The translations under genes and the position numbers were made by a program. The notes under the pieces were generated by a model that worked only from the letters and a program-made list of their open reading frames with translations, was not told where the DNA came from and did no database searches. From positions 96,001-160,000 of the IMG/VR virus record IMGVR_UViG_3300028832_000095: DNA of 64,000 nucleotides, one strand, 5' to 3'. This DNA is from a virus. Taxonomy: Duplodnaviria; Caudoviricetes. Positions 41,206 to 52,222 of this stretch are shown here, piece by piece; position 1 is the first letter of the stretch; each line of letters starts with the position of its first letter.

Positions 41206-41901
41206 GTGAGTTTTCAAGTGTTTTATTATGCAGTCCGAAACGGACGAAGAACAGGAGTTTTCACAACATGGAAAGAGTGTGAGGAATCTGTTAAAGGTTA
41301 TTCTGGATCTATCTTTAAGAAGTTCACAGATTCAGAATCAGCATGGAACTTTGTAAATAATGTTCCCGAAAAACCTTCTCACAATACAGATGTTCCTACA
41401 TTTACAGAAACAGGATCAGATTGCTATTGTTTTGTTGACGGTTCATTTAATGCTGATACTGGTTTCTATGGATATGGTGGTGTTTTGTTTGATGGAACTA
41501 AATACCATCTTATTCAGGGAAGTGGTAATGATGTTGACATGGCTTCTATGCGCAATGTAGCAGGAGAAGTTATGGGAACAATGGAAGCATTAAAATGTGC
41601 ATCCAGTATTGGCATCAAGGATATCACCATATACTATGACTATCAAGGAATAAGAGCATGGGCAGATAAATCTTGGAAAGCTAAAAGAGAAGGAACTGTT
41701 GCCTATGTTCAATTTATTCGTGGACTGAATATGAATCTAAACTTTCAAAAAGTAGAAGCACATACCGGAGTTATAGGGAATGAATACGCTGATGTTATTG
41801 CAAAGAAAGCTGCTGCGATCAATCTAACAAGAGCACAGAGACTTCTTTATTTTGATGCCTTAAAACTTTGTGGACTTACAGTTACGGAGGAAGAAGAATG
41901 A
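41206..41901 (+). CDS. rnhA: Ribonuclease H1 with N-terminal hybrid-binding domain
   Basis: YYAVRNGRRTGVFTTW, FVDGS, RNVAGE, YYDY, KVEAHTG..GNEYAD. Confidence 0.92.
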   Translation: MSFQVFYYAVRNGRRTGVFTTWKECEESVKGYSGSIFKKFTDSESAWNFVNNVPEKPSHNTDVPTFTETGSDCYCFVDGSFNADTGFYGYGGVLFDGTKYHLIQGSGNDVDMASMRNVAGEVMGTMEALKCASSIGIKDITIYYDYQGIRAWADKSWKAKREGTVAYVQFIRGLNMNLNFQKVEAHTGVIGNEYADVIAKKAAAINLTRAQRLLYFDALKLCGLTVTEEEE

Positions 41902-42473
41902 TAAAGAATATCCTTTATTGGATTACAATCACTGCTTGTATGTGTGGACTTCTTATCTTAGGATTTTTGGTAGGAGTGACATATAAGAACTATGAACATA
42001 TAGATAACTTTGAATCAAGTTTTGAACAATCAAGTGAAAGCTATATTAAAACAGAAGATATGACAAAAAACGATAATTTTGAATGTGTTCAAGCATTTAC
42101 TTTTTCCGAAATACCTCATATGGATTTATTTGGAGTGGATACGTTAAAATCTGAAACCGCTACACCAACAAGTATTCGTTTTATATGTGATGAAGGAACA
42201 TTTATTGTGTATAAAGCATTTTGTGTTGTTGATTCTGATGGGTACATTGTTTCAGAATATAGTTCAGTTGCTCAGTTTATAGATACATATGGGAATAAAA
42301 CAACAATAGGTGAAGATAGTTTTAATGATGTTGTTATTGTTCCAAAAAACGAACAATTTAATCTTGGTGATAGAACATTTCTCGCACACAATGGTTGGTA
42401 CATTATATATAATGGAAATTATTATAGAATAAATAAAATTGAATCTGTGGATTATAGATATTGGGAGGATTGA
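41898..42473 (+). CDS. Membrane-anchored hypothetical protein
   Basis: N-terminal hydrophobic helix; ATGA coupling. Confidence 0.55.
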   Translation: MIKNILYWITITACMCGLLILGFLVGVTYKNYEHIDNFESSFEQSSESYIKTEDMTKNDNFECVQAFTFSEIPHMDLFGVDTLKSETATPTSIRFICDEGTFIVYKAFCVVDSDGYIVSEYSSVAQFIDTYGNKTTIGEDSFNDVVIVPKNEQFNLGDRTFLAHNGWYIIYNGNYYRINKIESVDYRYWED

Positions 42474-42477
42474 TATT

Positions 42478-43500
42478 ATGACCAGACAAGGATTTGAACT
42501 ATGGTGCAAAAAGATGTTTGATAACTTTTCATATGAGTATAAAACATCTACAGAAAGATTGAAAGAGATGATTGTAAATAATACAAACAACTATGATCGA
42601 AGAATGATTCTGAGAACATTGGATGATGGAACTCATAGTCCATTTGTTATAGCTATTGACATTAAACACGGTGATATTAGGATCACAAATGTAAAGACAG
42701 GTAAAACAGGAAAAGCCCATTGTCATCCAAAGGAAGAATTTGATCCAATTAAAGGAATTGCTATTGCTTGGGCAAGATATACAAAAACAGATATTCCAGA
42801 AATTACTCCGGAAAAGATTGAATTCCTTGCTCCGAGTGATAAAGCACGCCTAAAAGAACTTGTTTCATCTATAGCAGATTATCACAATTGCACAAAAGAA
42901 AATGTACTCAGTCTGATGTATAAGTATATTTCTGGAATGGTAATTGAAACAGAGGAAAAGAAAGACAGGGATATTTTCACAGTAGATCCAAAGTCATTCA
43001 TCAATACAAAAGAATTCAAGGATGTAATGAAACACAGCAAACACGAATATAAAGACACAGATTTGTTTATATTTAATGTAAAGTTATTGGACAGTTATAT
43101 GGAAGATAATGAATGTCTTTCTTATCATGAGATTGAGGAACTTCATAATAAAAAAGTTTTTAATGGAAAATTGATTTACTATAAAAGTAAACCTGTTGCA
43201 AGAATTTTTCATACACTTTTGATTAGTGACAATGATTATAATCTTAATCCTCAAAGAGAATTAAGAGCATATGCATACACTGTACGTCATGCAGGAAATG
43301 ATGATATTATTGAAAAGATCATATCAGGTAAACTTGATAAATGTTATGTTGTATATACATTTATGAGAAGAATATGTTCCATTTGTGGGGAGAATTATTG
43401 TTCTGCACATAGAAAGGGTGGGACGTATGACGGTAAGGTAGCACAGGACACGATTGAGGAAGTTACTGGTATCCATGATATTTATTTTGTGGAGGATTGA
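42478..43500 (+). CDS. Multi-domain hypothetical protein (AxCH...AIAWA domain; C-terminal CSICG...H..G..YDG)
   Basis: GGGAGG RBS before ATG 42478. Confidence 0.55.
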   Translation: MTRQGFELWCKKMFDNFSYEYKTSTERLKEMIVNNTNNYDRRMILRTLDDGTHSPFVIAIDIKHGDIRITNVKTGKTGKAHCHPKEEFDPIKGIAIAWARYTKTDIPEITPEKIEFLAPSDKARLKELVSSIADYHNCTKENVLSLMYKYISGMVIETEEKKDRDIFTVDPKSFINTKEFKDVMKHSKHEYKDTDLFIFNVKLLDSYMEDNECLSYHEIEELHNKKVFNGKLIYYKSKPVARIFHTLLISDNDYNLNPQRELRAYAYTVRHAGNDDIIEKIISGKLDKCYVVYTFMRRICSICGENYCSAHRKGGTYDGKVAQDTIEEVTGIHDIYFVED

Positions 43501-44524
43501 TTTATGTCTCTCAGTTATGGAAAAACACTAAAAGATAAAGCTGCTGCATTTTGTGTAAACAAATCTATCGAACTTGAAGATATTGTAGAACAGATGCAAT
43601 CTCTTTATGATGAACTCAGTCCGGAAGATGCGTTGCTTATAGGTCTTACTATGAGATCAGTAGAAAAAGCATCTGAAGCATTACATACAGCCGCAGATAA
43701 ATTATATGAGGATAATTGAATATGAGAATTTTTAGAAAGCTATCAGGTTGGGAATACTCTGTATATGAATATGATAAGTTATTCATATACACAATAACAA
43801 TTAAGAATTCAGGACAGCACCTTGTAATTATAAATACAAATAAAGATGTAGATGGATGTATCTTTATTGGTCTTGACCCTTATATTGATATGGAAAAAAC
43901 ACTTAAAAGATGGATATCATCCGGAGTTATAATGCTTGATGAAGTTTCTTTTTATAGGTGTGTGACATTAGATCCATTAAGAACAGCCGATTATATATAT
44001 CTAATGGATAACGCTCTATATTATATGCAGAGTTGGTTAGAGTTTGACAGGTCGCAAATAACACCCGACAATTTTCAAAAAGAGGTTAGCTCTGAGATTA
44101 AGGAGGTTGGTAAGGATGAGAGCATTTGAATCCTATGAACAGGAGTACAAGAAAAACCTAAAATTCACATATCCCGAAGAAATGAAAACAATTATTGATT
44201 ATATAGAAAAGAGTGGTAAATGCAATCTGGATTATAAGAATTTGGAAAAGGCGTGGTATGTTTTCTCAGAAATTTATGATGCTACATTCCTAACTCCTGA
44301 TGATCAATTACTTCATGATTTCGGAGAATGGCTTACAGACTATGATGTAGAGGAAATCCGTAAGATGAATTACTATGGATATATGGAAGACACACCCTAT
44401 GAACCGTGGAAAGATGATTTTGAATATAAGGATTAAAAATAAACAAAAATAGATATCATACATAATGTTAAAAACGTAACTATATGTATGATATCTATTA
44501 TTTTATAAAGGAGTTGTTTTTTCT

Positions 44525-45319
44525 ATGGTATTATACTATGAGAACATAATTACAGATTTACGCAGAAACAATATTAAGGTGACACAGAAGGTATTTGACT
44601 ATTTGAATGAGTATGTAGATTTACAGAATTCAACAATAGAAAAAATGGAGCCGGAGACATATAGAGATTTGAAAGACAAGAATGTTCTTGTTGTTGACGA
44701 TTCAAATGTTATTGCTGTATATGGGCAAAATAAGTTTATGTATAATCCAAATAAGATAAAGGCTTCTGCTATTCCTGAGTATGATGTTTATGAGGTTATT
44801 CAGGGCGGTGTGAATGTTCAAAATAGGAGAGAACAAAGAAGAGATTACTTAAAAGGATTGTCAAGTACAAAAGATTCTAAATTCAGTAATGTTCCAAGAT
44901 CATCTAATTATATTTGGGATAAAGACTGGAATCCAGAAGTCAATAAGCGTTATTACACAAAGTTATTACAACAGAATCATCTTGGTAAATATGCACAACA
45001 GTTAAATGATGCCTATGATGTTGTTAAAGAACTAATAGATCAACGTAGAGAAAGATTGACTGGTAAGAGGTCTGAGTATGATAGAATCATAACTGATATA
45101 TCTAGGCAAATCAGTCGTATTGAAGATGAAATGGTAGCTGCCGAAAGAGATTTTAGTTTTGATCCAGATAAACTTAAAAAGGAAATTTCAAAACTACCAA
45201 GAATGATTAGCAATGCACAGTTCTTTATTGATACAGAGAATAAGGAATTTGCCATTGCTGCAAGATATAATGGAACAGGTAGACGTAAACCTATTCCATA
45301 TACTAAGATCGAGAAGTGA
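44525..45319 (+). CDS. Hypothetical helical protein with hairpin leader (possible cargo)
   Basis: MVLYYE/N start; 16-bp stem upstream of RBS. Confidence 0.55.
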   Translation: MVLYYENIITDLRRNNIKVTQKVFDYLNEYVDLQNSTIEKMEPETYRDLKDKNVLVVDDSNVIAVYGQNKFMYNPNKIKASAIPEYDVYEVIQGGVNVQNRREQRRDYLKGLSSTKDSKFSNVPRSSNYIWDKDWNPEVNKRYYTKLLQQNHLGKYAQQLNDAYDVVKELIDQRRERLTGKRSEYDRIITDISRQISRIEDEMVAAERDFSFDPDKLKKEISKLPRMISNAQFFIDTENKEFAIAARYNGTGRRKPIPYTKIEK

Positions 45320-45352
45320 TTAAGTTAAATAAAAAACTTTTTCAAAAAGTCC

Positions 45353-45389
45353 TTGACAAATCTCCTGATAATATGTTATAATATGTTTA
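45353..45389 (+). promoter_or_regulatory. Sigma-A-type promoter (18-bp spacer variant)
   Basis: TTGACA-18-TATAAT. Confidence 0.7.
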
Positions 45390-45870
45390 TAGTATAATGT
45401 GTGATTGGAGGAAATAAGTCATGATTAAGAAGTATATGAATCAACTCTATAAGGAAATCATGTGGTATAAGAAAAAGATTGATAATGGTAAGCTCCAATA
45501 TTTCGGGAAGAAGGATATCGGAGACACTAATTGTTTTACTGTTATTTTGAAAGACGGTTCGTATTTTTATATCAATATTGGAACTGATAAGATTCCGTAT
45601 GTTCAGAAAAGACAAGTAGCGTATATCTTTAAGGAATTGCACAGAAGAGATGACAGACTTAATAAGTGGTATTTGGATTCCATAGATTCTGACCGTGGGT
45701 ACTATTGTTACAAAAAAGAGGATATATACGGACAGAGTAACTATGTGACAGAAAAAATGAAATATTATAAAGTTGACTATAATAAAGAATATGATACTGG
45801 TTGTTGGGATTGAACGAAACCTATATTGAATAGATATTAAAAATGAGATTATGAAGAGGAATGATGATTT

Positions 45871-46440
45871 ATGATAACCCTGATGAATGAAGATGTATTA
45901 TTTGAAAAACTAACTGGAAAACAATTCTTCCAATCACTTCTTGAATATCTAACAAAAGATACGATGATTAAATACGCCGATGATTATATTCCTAATTTTG
46001 ATAAATCAAAGAAACAGAAATATGCAAAAGAGTATCCGATCAAAGATATCAAAGATGATATCGCTTCTTTTATAGATGACTGGTTAAGCGAAATAAAGAC
46101 CGAGTGTGACGTTTACTCTATGAAAAATAATCGTAAGTCTGATTCCTATGGATTCTCAAATTATATAACACTATCCTTTAATCGTCCTGCTGATAGAAGA
46201 CTGTATCAGTTCTACAAGGATAACGATGAACTATATAACAATGTGAAATTCCGTTTCTCGGAACACGAATCCAGAAATGATGATTCTGATATTGAGGATT
46301 GGGTAAACTTCACTGGTAAAACATTTAACCAAGCAGCAGAAGAAATGAAGTATAAGATTCAAAACTATGTCGTAGACCTTAGATCAAAAGAAAAGCAATA
46401 TTTGAAGAAACTGGATAAGAAGAATAAGAAAAGATGGTGA
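45871..46440 (+). CDS. Hypothetical protein with LMNE/xxLFE signal (candidate cargo)
   Basis: MITLMNEDVLFEKL; KFRFSEH motif. Confidence 0.55.
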   Translation: MITLMNEDVLFEKLTGKQFFQSLLEYLTKDTMIKYADDYIPNFDKSKKQKYAKEYPIKDIKDDIASFIDDWLSEIKTECDVYSMKNNRKSDSYGFSNYITLSFNRPADRRLYQFYKDNDELYNNVKFRFSEHESRNDDSDIEDWVNFTGKTFNQAAEEMKYKIQNYVVDLRSKEKQYLKKLDKKNKKRW

Positions 46441-46446
46441 TTATAT

Positions 46447-46722
46447 ATGATTATTCTTGAGGATGTTGGGGTTAAAGACAACCATATTAAAAAAATATAT
46501 GATATAATCAAACAAAATTTCGATAATAAAAACTATAAGTTCGAGGAAAAAATAGAAGATTATGTTATCTGGTGTGATAACGATAAAGAACGTGCTGTAT
46601 TCATTCAGGCAAAAGATGGTTCATGCTATGGAACTGTCTGTAAGAATGATATTGATACTGGTTCGGAAGCTGATATTTTAGATTATATAAAAGATCAGCT
46701 TAACGATACAAAAGACGATTAA
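46447..46722 (+). CDS. Small hypothetical protein (MIILE/D)
   Basis: ILE signal at N-terminus. Confidence 0.5.
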   Translation: MIILEDVGVKDNHIKKIYDIIKQNFDNKNYKFEEKIEDYVIWCDNDKERAVFIQAKDGSCYGTVCKNDIDTGSEADILDYIKDQLNDTKDD

Positions 46723-46740
46723 GGAAGGGAGTTATTTATT

Positions 46741-47034
46741 ATGACTACTACTCACGAATTTGATATTAGAAAAGATTGTTGGGGCGGGGCAGAAGACAGA
46801 ATCAAAGAACTTACAGATGATCAAATTGATGAACTGGAAGCCGTATTAGAGGATTATTTTATTGATGCTGATAATATTCCAAGCGATACAGATGTAAATG
46901 ATTTCATTTGGTTTGAGGAAGAGACATGGAAAGAATGGATCGGACTTGGTGAAACCGATGAAGATGAAGATTTCTATGACGAATACGAAGATGAAGAATT
47001 TGAAGATTTCGATGATGAAGAATTTGAAGATTAA
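46741..47034 (+). CDS. Small highly acidic protein
   Basis: D/E-rich throughout with EDF-repeat tail. Confidence 0.65.
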   Translation: MTTTHEFDIRKDCWGGAEDRIKELTDDQIDELEAVLEDYFIDADNIPSDTDVNDFIWFEEETWKEWIGLGETDEDEDFYDEYEDEEFEDFDDEEFED

Positions 47035-47056
47035 ATAATCATAAAACATAGTATAA

Positions 47057-47090
47057 GGCACATCCTTTATAGGGTGTGCTTTTTTTGTTT
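47057..47090 (+). terminator. Intrinsic terminator
   Basis: ggcacatcct/agggtgtgct plus T run. Confidence 0.8.
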
Positions 47091-47116
47091 AATAATAAAA
47101 ATATTTCAAAATCCTA

Positions 47117-47150
47117 TTGACATTTTCTAAGTTTTGTGTTATACTATAAT
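47117..47150 (+). promoter_or_regulatory. Sigma-A-type promoter (repeat family) for ligA
   Basis: TTGACA-17-TATACT. Confidence 0.8.
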
Positions 47151-47179
47151 TACACTATTATATCATGGAGGTTGATATT

Positions 47180-49231
47180 ATGTCCTATTCAAAAACAATC
47201 AATGAACTTGTGGAGTACCTTAATGTATGCCGTGATGCTTATTATAATCTAAATAAACCTATTATTACAGATCAACAATATGACGATTTATTTGACAAAC
47301 TTACAGAACTTGAAAAGGAATCCGGTATTGTTCTAAGCAACTCCCCGACACAGACAGTTGGTTATACTGTTGCATCGGAGTTTAAGAAAGTAAAACATTA
47401 TAAACCACTTCTTTCATTAGATAAAACAAAATCCTACGAAGACATTGTAGCATTTTGTGATTATAGAGATGTTCTGTTCATGCATAAACTAGACGGACTC
47501 ACAATTCAATTGACATATGAAAATGGTGAGTTTGTTCGTGCTGAAACCCGTGGTGATGGTTTTATTGGTGAAGACATTACAGATAATGCAAAAACATTCA
47601 TTGGAGTTCCTAAAACTATTCCGGTAGATGGAACAGTTAGGATCACAGGTGAAGCGATCATCAATAAAAATGATTTTGAATATATCAATAGTAAACTTCC
47701 AGAAGATGAGCAGTATGCCAATCCTAGAAATCTTGCGAGTGGGTCTGTTAGACAACTTGATAGCAAAGTGTGTGCTTCCCGGAAAGTACGATTCATTGTA
47801 TGGAATGCAAATGATCTTTCCTCAGACGGAACAATGCTTAGTGGTATTGTAAAAGCGCATGAATACGGGTTTAACATTGTTCATTTCTGTGAAGCTAATA
47901 AAGTGAATGATACTTCTTATGTTGAAACAGTTTTCAACAATATGAAATCTGCTTCTACAACAAATGGAATTCCTATTGATGGTATCGTTGTAATGTTTAA
48001 TGACATTAGCTATGGTGATCTTCTTGGAAAAACGGCACACCACTTTAAGAACGGTATTGCTTTTAAGTTCTATGATGAAGGATCAATTACAGTTCTTGAA
48101 AACGTAGAATACACAATTGGAAAAACAGGTGTATTGACACCTACTGCTGTATTTAGTCCTGTGGAACTTTGTGGAACAACTGTAACAAGAGCAAGTGTTC
48201 ATAATATCTCAATTCTTAAAAAGTTGAATCTTAAAGTCGGAGATGAAATTGAAGTATATAAAAGTAATGAAATTATCCCCCAGGTAAGATGTAATAATAC
48301 ACTCCACAACAATGAAAAAGAATATACATACACAATTCCAAAGACTTGTCCATATTGTTCGTTCCCAACGGAGATTAAAACAAATAGAGTTAGAATAAAT
48401 AAAGATACTGAAAAAGAAGTATCTGTTCTGATGTGTACTAACCCAAAATGTCAGGGAAGACTTCTTAGAAAGCTCACGGCATTTGTTTCCAAACAAGCAA
48501 TGGATATTAAGGGTTTGTCAGACAAAACACTTGAAAAGTTTATTGAGCTTGGCTATCTGAATACATATGCGGATATTTATACTCTTATGGAAAACTACGC
48601 ACAAGCTATTAGTAAACTTGATGGGTTCGGGGATAAGTCTGTTTCACAATTAAATAAATCTATTGAGGATTCTAAAAATACTACTTTTGACAGAGTTCTT
48701 ACGGCATTGAATATTGATGGTGTTGGCGTAAATGTAGCAAAAACTATTTGTAAATACTTCAACAATAGTGTCGATAAGTTCTTGGAAAGTGTTGAAAATA
48801 AAACCTTGTATGCTTCACTTAATTCAATTAAAGGTCTTGGAGACTTTGTAGCATCCAATGTAGCAGAATATTTCAATGCACAAAGCACATATAATGAGTT
48901 TAAGAACCTTGTTTCTTACCTTACTCTTTATACGGGAGAAACAGTATCCGGAACTAAATTAAGCGGTAAGACATTTGTAATCACAGGTTCTTTGGAGTAT
49001 TATGCTAATAGGGATGAGTTAGTTAAAGAGATTGTTGATAATGGTGGAAATATTGATCCGTCTGTAAAGAAAACAACTTCATATCTTATCAATAATGATG
49101 TGACAAGTAATTCCAGCAAGAATAAGAAAGCAAAGGAACTTGGTGTAGCCATTATTTCCGAAAAAGAATTTATTGATATGCTTGGAAGCACAAAGGATAT
49201 GAAGCCTAAAAAGTCAGGCAAACTGTTCTAA
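47180..49231 (+). CDS. ligA: NAD-dependent DNA ligase
   Basis: YY...D..YD, KLDG adenylation motif, TRGDG, NPRNLASGS, DGIV, Zn finger CPYC...C, HhH, BRCT (FVITGS). Confidence 0.96.
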   Translation: MSYSKTINELVEYLNVCRDAYYNLNKPIITDQQYDDLFDKLTELEKESGIVLSNSPTQTVGYTVASEFKKVKHYKPLLSLDKTKSYEDIVAFCDYRDVLFMHKLDGLTIQLTYENGEFVRAETRGDGFIGEDITDNAKTFIGVPKTIPVDGTVRITGEAIINKNDFEYINSKLPEDEQYANPRNLASGSVRQLDSKVCASRKVRFIVWNANDLSSDGTMLSGIVKAHEYGFNIVHFCEANKVNDTSYVETVFNNMKSASTTNGIPIDGIVVMFNDISYGDLLGKTAHHFKNGIAFKFYDEGSITVLENVEYTIGKTGVLTPTAVFSPVELCGTTVTRASVHNISILKKLNLKVGDEIEVYKSNEIIPQVRCNNTLHNNEKEYTYTIPKTCPYCSFPTEIKTNRVRINKDTEKEVSVLMCTNPKCQGRLLRKLTAFVSKQAMDIKGLSDKTLEKFIELGYLNTYADIYTLMENYAQAISKLDGFGDKSVSQLNKSIEDSKNTTFDRVLTALNIDGVGVNVAKTICKYFNNSVDKFLESVENKTLYASLNSIKGLGDFVASNVAEYFNAQSTYNEFKNLVSYLTLYTGETVSGTKLSGKTFVITGSLEYYANRDELVKEIVDNGGNIDPSVKKTTSYLINNDVTSNSSKNKKAKELGVAIISEKEFIDMLGSTKDMKPKKSGKLF

Positions 49232-49244
49232 GGAGGAATAAGAT

Positions 49245-50058
49245 ATGATACTGAACGATGGTATATCAAAAAATTTTGAAGGAAAATACGATTTTTGATT
49301 ATACACAGGATTTAGATACAGATATTTTACATCTATCAACAGATGAGAGTGGTGTTAAAACAGCTAACGGTCTTACATATTTCTACGCATACCAATTCAA
49401 TCCGAAAGCGGATTATAACGAAGTAAAAACATTTAGAAAATTATTCAACTATAATTATAGAGATTCACATTATTTTTATAATGACGATGTTTTTGATTTC
49501 ATTGAGGTTGGAATGCTTCATATGGATCATTTCAAAAAATTAGAATCCTTTGATATTGTGTTCATGACAGATTTTGGAAACGGTACATCTGCAGGAGTTA
49601 TGGCATTGCTAGATAGTATGTTGTTAGAATATACAAATGGATCATTTCTTGATGTAAGACTTGTTAAAAAGACATATGAAAATGTTAAATTTGACAGGGA
49701 TAAAGCTAAACAAGCAATACTAAGTACAAATAAATATTCTAATGAATATCAGGCTGAACGTGCTGTAAGATCTATGGAGGATACATTTAATCAGTTGAAA
49801 ACAAGTGGCGAATTGTTCAAGATGAAAAGATATCTTCCGGCAGCTGGTAGAGTAGGTTTTTACAATTTTCTAAAATTTGATACAGAGGAGCATAAAAGTG
49901 CTTTTATGTCTATGGAAAACGGATCAGAAGCCCTTATATGTGATGATCTAATAACATCAGGTTCTACAATAAAAGAAATAAAAAGATATTTACACTCAAT
50001 AAATCCAAATGTAAATATAACAGTGTTTGTTCTTATAGATCAGATGAGAGAATATTGA
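49245..50058 (+). CDS. Phosphoribosyltransferase-fold protein; start ambiguous (49245 with +1 frameshift or 49258)
   Basis: ALICDDLITSGSTI PRPP-binding loop. Confidence 0.55.
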
Positions 50059-50072
50059 TATGGAGGACTAAC

Positions 50073-50579
50073 ATGAAAAAATCCAATTTTCAAAAACCTT
50101 TATTCGGTGTTTCGGACAAGAAAGATACTAAGGCAATAGAACAGCCAAAAAGAAGAGGAAGACCGCCGAAGCAGAAACAGGACAAAACACTTAAACAAAA
50201 TACTCCTAAAAAGGATTCTCCTAAAATCGTATCGAAAATAGGAGAAAAGAAAAAATTAGGAGAAAAAATAGTAGAAAAATCTACCCCGCAAAAATCAAAT
50301 GTAAAGGCAAATAAAGGATGGAAAGACTATAACACATCAAAACCAGAACTGATGCATCCTTGTGAATTCTATACTCAGGATGATAAAGGAAAACAATATA
50401 TGTTCTATGGGTATTTGGAATCAGATGGATGGGCGGTTACGGATGATCCATATAAGCTAGTGGTTCTTAGAAAGAAGTTTGGCAATATGTTTTATCGGGA
50501 GCTTCCTTGTAAAGATTTGTCAAACTGTAAAGATAACTTCCCACATTGTAAAACTTGTAAACTAAATAAGGAGAAATGA
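50073..50579 (+). CDS. Basic protein with AT-hook-like motif
   Basis: KRRGRPPK in Lys-rich N-terminus. Confidence 0.5.
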   Translation: MKKSNFQKPLFGVSDKKDTKAIEQPKRRGRPPKQKQDKTLKQNTPKKDSPKIVSKIGEKKKLGEKIVEKSTPQKSNVKANKGWKDYNTSKPELMHPCEFYTQDDKGKQYMFYGYLESDGWAVTDDPYKLVVLRKKFGNMFYRELPCKDLSNCKDNFPHCKTCKLNKEK

Positions 50580-51057
50580 TTATGGGGCTTGAAAATTCAA
50601 TTTATCTAACTATAAGAGATAAAGAAACACACATAACGCAATATGAGGTAAGCGTTGCATACTGGCGAAAGTATTTTGGTGTTCGTGATACCCTTCTAAG
50701 ATTGTTTAAGAATGAACGATATTTGATTGAACAGAAGAGTGAATACTTGTTTATTTGTAGTCCAAATATTCTAACAAGTGTTATCTCAGAACTTATGGAA
50801 CATATAGGTACACTTGATTGTGAACTATGGACTAATTCATTCTGGGAGCCTGTAATTTCCCGTGACAGAACAATTCGCAATGTCGCAAATCTGTACGCTC
50901 TGCAAGCATGGATTTATGATCCGGAAAATGATGATGCACTGAATATTTGTAGATATGATACCGATGAAGATATTGGATGGTATGAAACTTATTTGAAAGA
51001 TAAAGATAAATATGAAATACTTATCACATTTGAAGATAGCTATTAAAGGAGGTTACA

Positions 51058-52206
51058 ATGAATATTAAGGAAGCTATATCCGGACAAGAATATTCGTTTC
51101 TTGTAGACTGTGAGTATTTACACAATATACTATTTCTTTGTTTTGGAGGAAGTCACGCTTACGGTCTGAATACAGAAACATCGGACGTTGATATTAGAGG
51201 ATGTTGTTTTCCTCCAATGGAAGGAATAGTTGGTTGTGGATTCTTACAGGAGAAAACAGAGCCTTATGTTATTCTCGGTGAAAACGGATTTGAACAAATA
51301 ACAGAAACAAACACAGATACAACCATTTACAGTTTCTATAAACTTCTTAAACTGCTTTATAACTGTAACCCAAATACAATTGAGATGCTTGGGTGTAGAG
51401 AACAAGATTATATTATTTATCATCCGGCAGGACAATATTTGATTGATCATAGTGAAGTGTTTTTATCTAAAATGGCATACAGATCCTTTGCTGAGTACGC
51501 ACGAGGACAGTTTCAACGACTTAAAAATGCCCTCGGTAGACAAAGACAAGGAAATTTATCTAATTGTCTGTGTATGACAGATGCAATAGGAAGAATGCAA
51601 AAACATCTTGAACGGGAGTACAGCGATTATAATTCTAATATGGTAAATGTTAGAATAACAGATAAAAGTGGAAATCCTGTTTATTGTGGTGTAAAACAAA
51701 TTGTCCCGGATGATGTGGAGCTTCTGTTTTATGATAACTATAAAGAACTTACAGTAAACGGAAAACCAATTAAAGACGAGGACATTCAAGTTACATTTGA
51801 TGTTCATGTAGATGGTCTACCTTCAAATCAGTTTACATCTGTTATGAATGAAATTGGTTCTAATATAAAAGAATTTAACAAAGTTCTTGGACACCGAAAT
51901 CATAAGAAAGATGATTACCATCTCTCGAAACACGCAATGCACTTGCTCCGTCTGTATATGATGGGTAGGGAGATTCTTGAAAATCATGTCATCAATACAT
52001 ATAGAGTCCATGAACACGACTTCTTAATGTCTGTTAAAAACGGAGCATATTTCAACGGTGAGTCTTTTAGCAAGGAGTTCTTTGATATTGTTTCAGAACT
52101 TAGTGTAAAACTGGATGAAGCATATAAGAATACAACACTTCCAGATACTCCGAACAAAAATCATATTATACAACTATCTAAAAAGATATCATCTTGGTTC
52201 TTCTAA
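51058..52206 (+). CDS. DNA polymerase beta-superfamily nucleotidyltransferase (RNA-repair-associated RlaP-like)
   Basis: GGSHAYGLNTETSDVDIRG, NPNTIEML, KHAMHLLRL. Confidence 0.8.
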   Translation: MNIKEAISGQEYSFLVDCEYLHNILFLCFGGSHAYGLNTETSDVDIRGCCFPPMEGIVGCGFLQEKTEPYVILGENGFEQITETNTDTTIYSFYKLLKLLYNCNPNTIEMLGCREQDYIIYHPAGQYLIDHSEVFLSKMAYRSFAEYARGQFQRLKNALGRQRQGNLSNCLCMTDAIGRMQKHLEREYSDYNSNMVNVRITDKSGNPVYCGVKQIVPDDVELLFYDNYKELTVNGKPIKDEDIQVTFDVHVDGLPSNQFTSVMNEIGSNIKEFNKVLGHRNHKKDDYHLSKHAMHLLRLYMMGREILENHVINTYRVHEHDFLMSVKNGAYFNGESFSKEFFDIVSELSVKLDEAYKNTTLPDTPNKNHIIQLSKKISSWFF

Positions 52207-52222
52207 AAAAAGGAGGGTTATT

